DNA from: a virus
Reading direction: 5' to 3' (one strand)
Length of the DNA: 64,000 nt
Virus record (IMG/VR): IMGVR_UViG_3300045988_125846
Span: 91,523-155,522 of that record
Shown: positions 17,970 to 27,015 of the stretch, in pieces
Layout of the letters: each line of letters starts with the position of its first letter
Position numbering within the stretch: position 1 is the stretch's first letter
Position numbers and translations under genes: made by a program
The notes under the pieces: model-generated
Told to the model about the DNA's origin: nothing
The model's database searches: none
What the model saw: the letters and a program-made list of their open reading frames with translations, nothing else

Positions 17970-18644
17970 TTGAAAACATTTGGTTTTACAGATACAAATG
18001 ATTTTGCTGAATTTTTAGCAGATACTTTTGACAAGCTGGATGTTTGTACAAGAGATTATGACGATGATTGTTCAGAAATTGTAGTTGTGGCTAAGTATGA
18101 TGTGATGAAAGATGTTCTTAATTCTGTTATTAAGAATACGAATTTTAAACTTGCTTCTTGTAACGATTTGAATGATCCTTATTTGGACGGTTATGATGAT
18201 GCATTTATTCTTAGTATTGATTCTGAAATGAATGTATGTGTTCAGGTTGTTAAGTATGAGGGAAGTGATACTTATATCAATATGAATGAGACAGACATTG
18301 TGTTTATTCATGGAGATGTAAGTTCAGCTTTTGTTAAGGACAATAAAGATTCTGGATGCATTATTCATGAATTCAACATTGGTGATGACGCTGAAGATGT
18401 AGACGATGATTGTGATGGTAATTGTAAGAATTGCAGTTGCAGTGACGTAAGTGATAATTCTCATAAAAATATTACATTTGATAAAGATGAAAACGGAAAA
18501 ATTCACGGATTTACTTCTGTTAAAAGTGATGTTAATGGATATGAAAAGCGTGAATTTTATTCTAGTAAGCCGATTGATTTAAGTGATTTTGACGAATATA
18601 ATTCGGTTGGAAGATTATTTGATTTGCTTGATTTTATTTTTTAA
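17970..18644 (+). CDS. highly acidic protein (candidate DNA mimic)
   Basis: I counted 39 Asp + 11 Glu against 19 Lys/Arg in 224 aa. TTG start after AAGGTGGTG. Confidence 0.5.
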   Translation: MKTFGFTDTNDFAEFLADTFDKLDVCTRDYDDDCSEIVVVAKYDVMKDVLNSVIKNTNFKLASCNDLNDPYLDGYDDAFILSIDSEMNVCVQVVKYEGSDTYINMNETDIVFIHGDVSSAFVKDNKDSGCIIHEFNIGDDAEDVDDDCDGNCKNCSCSDVSDNSHKNITFDKDENGKIHGFTSVKSDVNGYEKREFYSSKPIDLSDFDEYNSVGRLFDLLDFIF

Positions 18645-18651
18645 ATATTTG

Positions 18652-18683
18652 GAGTGTGCGGTGTATGCTGCACACTCTTTTTT
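18652..18683 (+). terminator. intrinsic terminator
   Basis: GAGTGTGC/GCACACTC stem followed by TTTTTT. Confidence 0.75.
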
Positions 18684-18687
18684 GTAT

Positions 18688-18771
18688 GGGTAATTAAACA
18701 ACTACGGAGATTGGCGAAACTGTAAATTTCGTGGCTTTTGCATCGAGTGGGTTCGACTCCCTCATTACCCA
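18688..18771 (+). tRNA. tRNA-Tyr (GUA), long variable arm
   Basis: Acceptor GGGTAAT/ATTACCC, anticodon arm CGAAA-CTGTAAA-TTTCG, long variable arm, T arm GTGGG-TTCGACT-CCCTC (one mismatch). Confidence 0.7.
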
Positions 18772-18936
18772 CTTTTGATGTTTCTGTGAATGGAAACAGG
18801 GAATAGATATATGTGCTCATGATTAGTGTCATAGCTGATTGTGGGATTTATGATGAATATATAAAAATGCGACAAGAAGCGGTTAGTTAATGATACTACT
18901 GCTTCTTTTTTGTTATATGAAAGGAAGTGAGATTTA

Positions 18937-19971
18937 ATGGGTAGAAAAATACAGCATAACAATATTGTTACTGATGAGTTATTGGCTCAGTGCAATAAAG
19001 AGAATATAAAGTTAGGAAATGACTTTTTGGATTATCTTCGTTCAGTTGATAGATCCCCAAATACAATCAATGCGTATAGGCGTGACCTTTTTATTTTTTG
19101 GGTTTATCTGCTTCAGCATTGTGACAACAAATTCTTTATTGATTTATCTAAGAGGGATATTGCTCATTATCAGAGTTTTTGCCTTACTGAATATAAATGG
19201 TCGCCAGCTAGAATGCGTAGAGTAAAATCTACTCTTTCTTCTCTTTCAAATTATGTGGAAGCTATATTGGACGATGAGTATGAAAATTTTAAACCGATTA
19301 TACGCAAGATTGAAAATCCTGCAAATGAGAAAGTATTTACTAAAACTGTATTATCCGATGAACAAGTACAGGGTATGCTTGATTTTTGGGTTGAAAAAGG
19401 TAAATATGACAAGGCTTGTATTTTAGCATTAGCTGCATTTAGTGGCAGACGTAAGAGTGAGTTACCACGATTTAAAGTATCTTATTTCGATGATGAAAAT
19501 ATTATATACGGTTCTTTATATAAAACACCTGAAAAGATTCAAACAAAGGGAAGAGGCTCTAGGGGCAAAATGTTGACGGTATATACACTTGCAAAACCGT
19601 TTAAGCCATATTTTGATTTGTGGATGAATTATAGAAAAGAACACGGAATTGAATCAGAATGGTTATTTCCAAAGAAAGTAAATGGAGAATATATAGATGA
19701 ACCTATGGATTCAAGCACTCTTGACAGTTGGGCTGATACATTTAGTAAGCATTTAGGAGAAGACTTTTATTTTCACAGTCTTCGTCACTTCTTTACAACT
19801 TCTTGTTCTCGAAGCGGTCTTCCTGATGATGTAATTCAAATGCTAGTTGGTTGGAGTTCGCTAGATATGGTATCAGTGTACAAAGATATTGACGCTGATG
19901 AGCAATTTGCAAAATATTTTGCTGATGGAGAAATAAAACAAGTAGAACAAAAATCACTTTCTGATTTGTAG
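18937..19971 (+). CDS. tyrosine recombinase / phage integrase
   Basis: SAM-like N-terminal domain; catalytic-domain motifs ...AFSGRRKSEL..., HSLRHFFTT, LVGWSSLDMVSVY. Confidence 0.85.
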   Translation: MGRKIQHNNIVTDELLAQCNKENIKLGNDFLDYLRSVDRSPNTINAYRRDLFIFWVYLLQHCDNKFFIDLSKRDIAHYQSFCLTEYKWSPARMRRVKSTLSSLSNYVEAILDDEYENFKPIIRKIENPANEKVFTKTVLSDEQVQGMLDFWVEKGKYDKACILALAAFSGRRKSELPRFKVSYFDDENIIYGSLYKTPEKIQTKGRGSRGKMLTVYTLAKPFKPYFDLWMNYRKEHGIESEWLFPKKVNGEYIDEPMDSSTLDSWADTFSKHLGEDFYFHSLRHFFTTSCSRSGLPDDVIQMLVGWSSLDMVSVYKDIDADEQFAKYFADGEIKQVEQKSLSDL

Positions 19972-20227
19972 ACAATCCCGATGAAACTTTTGTCTAACAT
20001 TATTTTTCCACTATCAGCCATAGAAATGTTCGTGCTTCTCTGCGTTAATGAGAACCTTAATTGTCGGATGAGAGACAATAAACCTTATCAACTGGTCTTT
20101 GCTCCGAAGACTGAAAATATGTGGAGAATAATCAATAAGCATGAATGGATTGCGAAAGTTTTCTAATTTAAAACTGCATGTGTACAGTGCAATATCAGCT
20201 AGTTAGTGCTTTATGCTGATTATACTT

Positions 20228-20299
20228 GGCTCTATAGTATAAAGGTAATTATATCCGACTGTCTATCAGAAGATTTGGGTTCGATTCCCAATAGAGTCG
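20228..20299 (+). tRNA. tRNA-Asp (GUC)
   Basis: Acceptor GGCTCTA/TAGAGTC, T arm TTGGG-TTCGATT-CCCAA, anticodon loop CTGTCTA. The anticodon stem has one C.A mismatch. Confidence 0.65.
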
Positions 20300-20301
20300 C
20301 T

Positions 20302-20375
20302 GTGTTAGTAGCTTAGTAGGTTAAAGCGTCAGATTGTGGTTCTGAATATCGTGGGTTCAAATCCCACCTAACACC
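20302..20375 (+). tRNA. tRNA-His (GUG)
   Basis: Acceptor GTGTTAG/CTAACAC, D arm GCTT..AAGC, anticodon arm TCAGA-TTGTGGT-TCTGA, T arm GTGGG-TTCAAAT-CCCAC. Confidence 0.85.
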
Positions 20376-20424
20376 TAATGATTAAAAGGAAAACGAAAAA
20401 ATAAAAGAAAGGAGTGTACATACA

Positions 20425-20718
20425 ATGGCAAGTAGATTATCTATTGAAAATGATAGATTAAAAGTCGGTCAAGTAAAACGAGTAACATCGAATAATGGAA
20501 ATAAAATTGATTCTATTACTCTTCTGCTTAATGAATCTGTGGAAGTTTTATTTGCACCAAATGGAAATACATTGGAATTTACGGTATCAAATCCAAATAT
20601 TGATATGAGCAATTTGGACTGTACTATTGATAAAGAGACTTTAAGGGACTTAGTAATCAGTTTCAAAGATGCTTATAATCAGATAATTTCAAACGAAAGT
20701 GAGGGGACAAATTCATGA
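20425..20718 (+). CDS. hypothetical protein (97 aa)
   Basis: RBS AAAGGAG upstream; overlaps the next gene (ATGA). Confidence 0.5.
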   Translation: MASRLSIENDRLKVGQVKRVTSNNGNKIDSITLLLNESVEVLFAPNGNTLEFTVSNPNIDMSNLDCTIDKETLRDLVISFKDAYNQIISNESEGTNS

Positions 20719-21188
20719 AATTAGATCAGAAATTTAATGTAGAAAATGACATCGCAAGTGTAGATATTACTGTTACAAGTCTTGGCACTGCTGATTTGAC
20801 AAGTGAGCAGGAAAAAGAATTACTTGCAAATTACAATAAGTATATCGAGTATAGTAAAATACAGTTCAAGGGAAATATCAAGCTTAATAATGGTGTTCCA
20901 GAAGTAACAACAGATCCAAAAGACGATTCTACTATTGTTGAATTGGAGATTACGGATGTAACAAATGAGAGAAAACTTGTCAATGAAGATTTAGCATTTC
21001 ATTTTGAAAGAGATGTAACAAAATATCCTGATACAGTATTAAATACTGTTCTTGATAAGAAGGAACTGTATGCACAGGCTCAGTGTGTATTATTTGCTAC
21101 AAAAGTTAAGGAAGCTGTTACTGAGAAGTTAGCTGAAATTCGTGCGTTGAATAATACTTTCGAAGGAACTACAGAATATACTCTGTAA
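20715..21188 (+). CDS. hypothetical protein (157 aa)
   Basis: Translationally coupled to the previous ORF. Confidence 0.5.
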   Translation: MKLDQKFNVENDIASVDITVTSLGTADLTSEQEKELLANYNKYIEYSKIQFKGNIKLNNGVPEVTTDPKDDSTIVELEITDVTNERKLVNEDLAFHFERDVTKYPDTVLNTVLDKKELYAQAQCVLFATKVKEAVTEKLAEIRALNNTFEGTTEYTL

Positions 21189-21222
21189 AAAATAATGGGT
21201 GGTACTCTTCCACCCTAAATAT

Positions 21223-21293
21223 GGGGCATTAGTCAAAAGGTAAGACAATGGATTTTCATTCCATGAGTATCGGTTCGAGTCCGTTATGCCCTA
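21223..21293 (+). tRNA. tRNA-Glu (UUC)
   Basis: Acceptor GGGGCAT/ATGCCCT, anticodon arm ATGGA-TTTTCAT-TCCAT, T loop TTCGAGT. Confidence 0.75.
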
Positions 21294-21484
21294 TTTTTTA
21301 TGCGGTAAGCCTGATGTGAAAGCTTATCTTTTGGATGCATACGAAATTTAGTGTGTAAGTTCAACACTTACTACCGCCCTATGCCCTTTGCGGTCTTCGG
21401 ACTGGTACTGTTGTAACAATAGGATACGTCCTATGCAGTTTAGATGAAAGCTCGCCATTCGAGGATGGAATGAGAAAGGCAATA

Positions 21485-22153
21485 TCATTTTGGAATTTTA
21501 TCAAATATCAATTTTCTTAACTTGAGTTGATATTTATCATAATGAGATTCCCAATCAAATTCTTTTGTATTATCTAAGATATCTTGTTTGAGATTTTTGA
21601 GTTGTTGTTTATCTGTTTTATGCTTCATGATAATCGGTAATTCGTTAATCTCGTTCTCATAAAATAAAATGGTTGCAATAATACAATTCTTATTGGCAAA
21701 CAACGCAACTAATTCTTGTTTTGTACCCAATACAATTTCAGCCATACCTACTACTCTATTCGTAGTCATAGCTTTACGAAGAAGTTCATATTCGATTTCT
21801 GACTCCATTTCAGGAATTAAATAATATGATTTATCTATGAGTAGGTCTGATATTTCTTTTGATTTACAGAAATATTTTATTGAAAGTGTTCTATCTTTGT
21901 TTGATGTAATTGATTCTATATCATATTGTTCCAAAATAACATACTTATCTTCTGCATATTTATATCCTTTTACAATATCTTCATTGTGGATTTCTTTATT
22001 ACAAGATGGACAAAATTTGATATAACGCACTCTTTCTTTGGAGTCTTTGCAGAGTTGATTAAGTTCTATAGAACTGTTGTGTGATGTTTTTAACATTTTT
22101 ACGGGAATATATAAATCTTTGAATTGAATTGCAGTTTTATATGAAGCGTTCAT
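21485..22153 (-). CDS. ku: Ku-like DNA end-binding protein
   Basis: The N-terminus (YKTAIQFKDLYIPVKMLKTS...IELNQLCKDSKERVRYIKFCPSCNKEI..EDIVKGYKY..DKYVIL) parallels bacterial Ku (AISFGLVNIPVKLY...RIRYKRVC..CGKEV..EDIVKGYEY). Confidence 0.8.
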   Translation of the reverse strand: MNASYKTAIQFKDLYIPVKMLKTSHNSSIELNQLCKDSKERVRYIKFCPSCNKEIHNEDIVKGYKYAEDKYVILEQYDIESITSNKDRTLSIKYFCKSKEISDLLIDKSYYLIPEMESEIEYELLRKAMTTNRVVGMAEIVLGTKQELVALFANKNCIIATILFYENEINELPIIMKHKTDKQQLKNLKQDILDNTKEFDWESHYDKYQLKLRKLIFDKIPK

Positions 22154-22211
22154 GATAGTTTCTCCTTAGATACTTTTGGTTTAGTATATGGAGAAATTTG
22201 AAAAATATTAT

Positions 22212-22285
22212 CTGGATATAGGACAATTTGGTAGTCCGCTAGTTTTGGGAACTAGACGTTGTAGGTTCGAGTCCTACTATCCAGA
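22212..22285 (+). tRNA. tRNA-Pro (UGG)
   Basis: Acceptor CTGGATA/TATCCAG, D arm GGAC..GTCC, anticodon arm CTAGT-TTTGGGA-ACTAG, T arm GTAGG-TTCGAGT-CCTAC. Confidence 0.85.
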
Positions 22286-22378
22286 CTACTGCTCTATACA
22301 GTTATAACCGGTTTGGCGACTGATTGGTAAATATTGGAAGAAAGAGTCATTTCCTTTGGAGTGGCACTTTTATTATAT

Positions 22379-22451
22379 ACACCTTTAGCTTAATTGGTAG
22401 AGCAACGATCTCCAAAATCGTCAGGTCTATGTTCGAATCGTAGAAGGTGTG
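22379..22451 (+). tRNA. tRNA-Trp (CCA)
   Basis: Acceptor ACACCTT/AAGGTGT, anticodon arm ACGAT-CTCCAAA-ATCGT, T arm CTATG-TTCGAAT-CGTAG. Confidence 0.85.
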
Positions 22452-22555
22452 CTAAGTGAAGTGAACTAAATTGTCAAAACATTCAAAATATTTGTACAAA
22501 TGGTTTTATATACAAAAAATAGAGAGTATTGTCAACTCTCCATTTAATTATACTA

Positions 22556-22855
22556 TTACCATAAATCAACGGTATTTTCTTTATTTACTTCTACCAAGTA
22601 ATCTTCATCTACATTAAATGGTTCGGGTTTCTTATTGCACTCATAGCATAATGGAATTATGTACCATTTATTGCTTTCATGTGTTTTCTTAACGTGTGCT
22701 CCCACTTTTGCACGATTATAGCATTCCTCACATTGACAATATGTTGGGAATGGGAGTAAAGATTTATTTTCCCAATATGTTATCCAAGAGGAGCAACCTT
22801 TAGGATTTGAATATCTATCTTTTGATGTTCCGTTGATGTTTTTAACTTCAACCAT
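22556..22855 (-). CDS. small Cys/His-rich protein, possibly an HNH-like (beta-beta-alpha-Me) finger
   Basis: C..W...CQCEEC...GAHV...WYIIPLCYECN pattern. RBS AAAGGAGA. Confidence 0.35.
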   Translation of the reverse strand: MVEVKNINGTSKDRYSNPKGCSSWITYWENKSLLPFPTYCQCEECYNRAKVGAHVKKTHESNKWYIIPLCYECNKKPEPFNVDEDYLVEVNKENTVDLW

Positions 22856-23100
22856 TATATCATCTCCTTTTATAAGTTTGACATATTTTATCGCAATCTG
22901 TCGAATTAGTCAAGTGTAAATTGTGTAAAAGAGAATAAATATATAGCCAACTATGAGAGGATTGTTACTGTTTCGGTTGCAGGTAGTTGGATTATGGAGT
23001 GAGAAGCCTTTGACTGATCATCTTAGGTATAGTAGATACTCGCACTACTCTCTCACTCTATTTTAATTGGTTTTGCGAGTGGAAAGCGAGAAAAGAATAT

Positions 23101-24114
23101 ATGGGTAATTATAAAAGAAATGAAGAAAACAAAAAAGATAGTAATCAATGTGGAATTTATTCTATAACCAATAAATTAAATGGTAAAAGATATATAGGTC
23201 AAACCTACAATTTTAAATATAGATGGATGAGACATAGAAGTTATCTAAAGCACAATACTGAACACAATGCACATTTACAAAATGCATGGAATAAATATGG
23301 TGCAGAAAACTTTGAATTTGAAATTATTGAAAGATGTAAATTTGAACAGCTAGATGAACGAGAAATTTATTGGATAAACTATTATGATTCCAAAAATGCG
23401 GGATATAACTTTGCAGATGGTGGACTCGGATGTAAAGGTTATAAACACACTGATGAAGAAATTGCAAAAATGAGAATGATTCAAAATCCTGAACCAATTG
23501 TAATGCTTGATCTAAATGGTGAGTATATAAGAACTTTCGTCAGTGCAGGTGAAGCATGTGATTTTTTAGGCAAAAAGTCAACAAGTGGAATTAAAAGATG
23601 TTGTGAAAAAGATAAATATAAAAAGGCTTATGGATATATTTGGATCTATGAAAAAGATTATAAATCAGGAAACATAGATTGGAATTATTATTTATCTAAA
23701 AATAAAAATCTTCCTAAGCCAGTATTGCAATACAACTTTAATATGGAACTAATCAAAGAATATGCTTCTGCTTACGATACAAGCAGAGAAGGATTTAATT
23801 CTGCAACAGTATCGGCAGCTTGTAATGGTAAGTATGATACATATAAAGGTTATATTTGGATTTGGAAAGATAATCCAGAAATCTATTATAAAAATAAAGC
23901 CAAACGAAAAGAAAAGGCTTTAAATAATAAAAAAAGTAGAGAAAGAATTATTTTACAATATTCAAAAGAAATGGAATACTTAAAAGAGTGGACTTATGAT
24001 GAGATTTTAAACAATAATTTTAATTTAAGAGCAATTCAAAGCAATTGCTCTGGACATACAAAAACATCACAAGGTTATATATGGAGATATAAATCAGAAG
24101 AGTCGGTTGCTTAA
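23101..24114 (+). CDS. free-standing GIY-YIG homing endonuclease (I-TevI-like) with repeated DNA-binding modules
   Basis: GIYSITN...KRYIGQT...RWMRHRS...NAWNKYG..NFEFEIIE...EREIYWINYY, plus three (K/T/S)xxGYIW(I/R)(Y/W)K modules. Confidence 0.85.
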   Translation: MGNYKRNEENKKDSNQCGIYSITNKLNGKRYIGQTYNFKYRWMRHRSYLKHNTEHNAHLQNAWNKYGAENFEFEIIERCKFEQLDEREIYWINYYDSKNAGYNFADGGLGCKGYKHTDEEIAKMRMIQNPEPIVMLDLNGEYIRTFVSAGEACDFLGKKSTSGIKRCCEKDKYKKAYGYIWIYEKDYKSGNIDWNYYLSKNKNLPKPVLQYNFNMELIKEYASAYDTSREGFNSATVSAACNGKYDTYKGYIWIWKDNPEIYYKNKAKRKEKALNNKKSRERIILQYSKEMEYLKEWTYDEILNNNFNLRAIQSNCSGHTKTSQGYIWRYKSEESVA

Positions 24115-24158
24115 ACTACTCTTCTTTTTTATTGGAATAAAAGGAAGGAAGTGACAGA

Positions 24159-25217
24159 ATGGCTAAATTAATACAGCCTTTATCAGAACAAGAATTAAAG
24201 CAGGCTACATTAGTCAGTCTGCGCAAAGATTATGGTAAGCTATCCAATTTCTATCAAAGAATCATAAATGGGGAACTTACACTTTGTCCTAAATGCGGTC
24301 AATGGAAATCCACAAAGATAAATTTTTATCAGTCAAATACGAGTCCTGATGGCGTAGAACATTATGGATGTCGTGAATGTATCCTTAATGATTGTACAGA
24401 TTATGACAAAGCCACAGATACAAGAATTGATAACAGAGAAAAAACGATTGAAACTTTTAAGCGTCTCAATTGGTATTTTGATGAAAATGTATATAATGAC
24501 CAATTGAAAATATTAGCAGATGGTGTAGGTGAAAAGGTTCGTGGTACTGCCGCACAACAGTGGATTACTATTAGGGCTAGTCTTAATGACTATAAGTTTA
24601 AGACTTTTGCTGATTCCGTATTCTCAGATGAAGATGAAGAAACTTTGCAACTTACTTCCAAAAGATCACCTAGAAAAGAAATTATTAAAATATTCGGCTC
24701 AGGTTTTACATCGGAGGATTACTTGTATTTGCAAGATCAGTATGATGATTGGCGTAGTCGCACACAAGTTGATAGTAAATCACAGGAAACCTACATCATA
24801 CAGATATGTTTTAAGCAGTTAGAAATTTGGAAGGCGCAGAAAGTAGGAAAAGATACTGACAAATTAGTAAAATCATTAAATGACCTTATGAATGGTGCAA
24901 ATTTACAGCCACGTCAGAATGTTGGAAACGCTGCTACTGACAGTCTTACTTTTGGACAGCTCATCGAAAAATGGGAGTTGGAGTCACCTATACCAGAAGC
25001 CCAAGGTGAATTTGCTGATCCAGATCATATTGGAAAATTTTTACGAGTATGGTTCAAGGGAAGCTTAATGCGAGCCTTGGGGTTGGATGGTGGTTATTCA
25101 AAAGAGTACGATGATTATGTCCAGAAATATACAGTTGAAAAACCTCAAAATATTGATGATGACGATTCTGTTGATGAAACCATGTATGAAAAAGTATTTG
25201 GAAAAAACGAGGTCTAA
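24159..25217 (+). CDS. putative terminase small subunit / DNA-recognition protein
   Basis: Lies immediately upstream of and abutting terL. Has Zn-ribbon CPKCG...CRECI. Assigned by position only. Confidence 0.4.
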   Translation: MAKLIQPLSEQELKQATLVSLRKDYGKLSNFYQRIINGELTLCPKCGQWKSTKINFYQSNTSPDGVEHYGCRECILNDCTDYDKATDTRIDNREKTIETFKRLNWYFDENVYNDQLKILADGVGEKVRGTAAQQWITIRASLNDYKFKTFADSVFSDEDEETLQLTSKRSPRKEIIKIFGSGFTSEDYLYLQDQYDDWRSRTQVDSKSQETYIIQICFKQLEIWKAQKVGKDTDKLVKSLNDLMNGANLQPRQNVGNAATDSLTFGQLIEKWELESPIPEAQGEFADPDHIGKFLRVWFKGSLMRALGLDGGYSKEYDDYVQKYTVEKPQNIDDDDSVDETMYEKVFGKNEV

Positions 25218-26990
25218 ATGCTTATGGGTAAAAAATTAACAGATAAACAGATTAAAGAAGATCGTACTAGTAAGATTATGAATACTGTTGCTCAAAGAGC
25301 ATCCTATTACCGAGCCAACCCGCATAGATTTTGCAGTGATTATTTGTTCCCAGATACTCCAAATTTTTTAAAGACATTCCAAAAGATTTTAATTTGGGCG
25401 ATGGTACATTCAGACTCATTTTGTTTTATTGCTTGTAGAGGTATTGGAAAAACTTTCTTAGTTGCCTTGTTTTCGGTAATAAAATGTATTTTATATCCAG
25501 GTACAAAGATAGTTGTAAGTTCTGCAACTTTCAAACAAAGTAAAGAATTGGTAGGTAAGATAACTGATGATTTTATGCATAGATCAGCTATGTTAAGGTC
25601 TGAAATAGAACGAACTAGTACAGGACAAAACGATTGTGGTGTATGGTTCAAAAATGGCTCATTTCTAGTTTGTAGAGTTGCAAATGAAAATGCCAGAGGC
25701 GCAAGGTGTAACGTACTTATAATTGATGAAAGTCGGCTTGTTCCAAAGAATATTATTGATGATATTTTTGTGCCTATGTTAAATGCCCCAAGGTCGCCTG
25801 GATATTTAAGTAAACCTGAATATTCTCATCTCGCAGAAGTTGGACAAAAATTGTTTTTAAGTTCGGCTTGGTATAAGCAAAGTGAATTATACTCTATGCT
25901 TAAAGGATATACAATAAACATGTTAAAAGATAATTCTAAATTCTTTGCATGCGACCTTCCTTATCAGTTATCTATCGCATCTAACATTATGATGCGTGAA
26001 ACTATCGAAAATGTTATGGCAGATCCAGATTTTAATGATATTTCATTTATGATGGAATACGAAGGAAAATTTTATGGTTCTGGTGAAGATAGTTTATTTA
26101 AGCTTGATGTTCTTGAAAATAGAAGAAATTTAAAAACAAGTTTTAGGAGTTTAGAATATTATCGAAACACGAATACTAAACCACCTATGAAACAGGCAGG
26201 TGAAAAAAGGATTTTATCTGTGGATATTGCTTTGTTAGCTTCACGAAAACATAACAACGATGCTTCTTGTTTTATAATCAATCAGCTTCTTCCAAATGGA
26301 GAAATGGATTATATAAGTAATATTGTTTATATAGATACTGCTGAAGGTCTTGTTACAGATGAACTTGGAATTATGATTATGAGATATTTTTATCAGTATG
26401 ATTGTGATTATTTGTCTTTAGATGCAAATGGTGTTGGGCAGTCGTGTTTGGATTTCTGTTTTGCAGATAGATATGATGCCATATATGGATGTACATACCC
26501 TGCTATTCAAACAGTTAATTCAGAAGATTTAAATGAACGATGTAAAATTAAGAATGCACCAAAAGTCATTTATGCTATTAAAGCAAATGCTAAATCAAAT
26601 AATGATATGGCACTCGCATTAAGAGCAGGTTTTCAAAATGGAAACATCAATCTTCTTATTAGCGAAAACAATATTGAAGATGAATTATCTAATGTTATTA
26701 AAGGGTATAATAAATTATCCATTCCGCAACAAGTCAGAGAAAAAATCCCATATTTGCAAACAACATTTTTAATAGAGGAACTTATCAATCTTGAACATGA
26801 TATTGTAAATGGCTTAGTAAAAGTCAAAGAAAAATCAGGTATGAGAAAAGATAGATATAGTTCTCTTGAATATAATTATTTTGTTGCACAAGAATTGGCG
26901 AGAAAACTAAAGCCTAAGAAAAACAATTTTGACATCACCAAAATGGTCGGTGTCTCAAAACGCCCTAAAAAATGGGGATTCTATAACTAA
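25218..26990 (+). CDS. terL: terminase large subunit
   Basis: Walker A-like ACRGIGKTF, Walker B LIIDES, C-terminal nuclease-like half. Size and position precede the portal. Confidence 0.8.
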   Translation: MLMGKKLTDKQIKEDRTSKIMNTVAQRASYYRANPHRFCSDYLFPDTPNFLKTFQKILIWAMVHSDSFCFIACRGIGKTFLVALFSVIKCILYPGTKIVVSSATFKQSKELVGKITDDFMHRSAMLRSEIERTSTGQNDCGVWFKNGSFLVCRVANENARGARCNVLIIDESRLVPKNIIDDIFVPMLNAPRSPGYLSKPEYSHLAEVGQKLFLSSAWYKQSELYSMLKGYTINMLKDNSKFFACDLPYQLSIASNIMMRETIENVMADPDFNDISFMMEYEGKFYGSGEDSLFKLDVLENRRNLKTSFRSLEYYRNTNTKPPMKQAGEKRILSVDIALLASRKHNNDASCFIINQLLPNGEMDYISNIVYIDTAEGLVTDELGIMIMRYFYQYDCDYLSLDANGVGQSCLDFCFADRYDAIYGCTYPAIQTVNSEDLNERCKIKNAPKVIYAIKANAKSNNDMALALRAGFQNGNINLLISENNIEDELSNVIKGYNKLSIPQQVREKIPYLQTTFLIEELINLEHDIVNGLVKVKEKSGMRKDRYSSLEYNYFVAQELARKLKPKKNNFDITKMVGVSKRPKKWGFYN

Positions 26991-27015
26991 GGAAAGGAGG
27001 AAATCAGAAATATAA

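Noticed and set aside
19981-20166. 61-aa ORF right after the integrase
   Set aside because: It has no RBS and hydrophobic, low-complexity composition. The region is more likely regulatory or attP. I kept it out of the features.
21197-21215. Hairpin GGGTGG/CCACCC after ORF 20715-21188 as a terminator
   Set aside because: It has no U-tract (followed by TAAATATGG) and sits 8 nt before tRNA-Glu. It may be a processing hairpin, and I did not call it a terminator.
23040-23052. 13-mer TCGCACTACTCTC shared between the region upstream of the GIY-YIG gene and intron 2 (46926-46938), with similar flanks
   Set aside because: In 64 kb of AT-rich sequence, tens of exact 13-mer coincidences are expected by chance. 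The flank similarity (about 20/25) is suggestive but not enough to claim a shared element.
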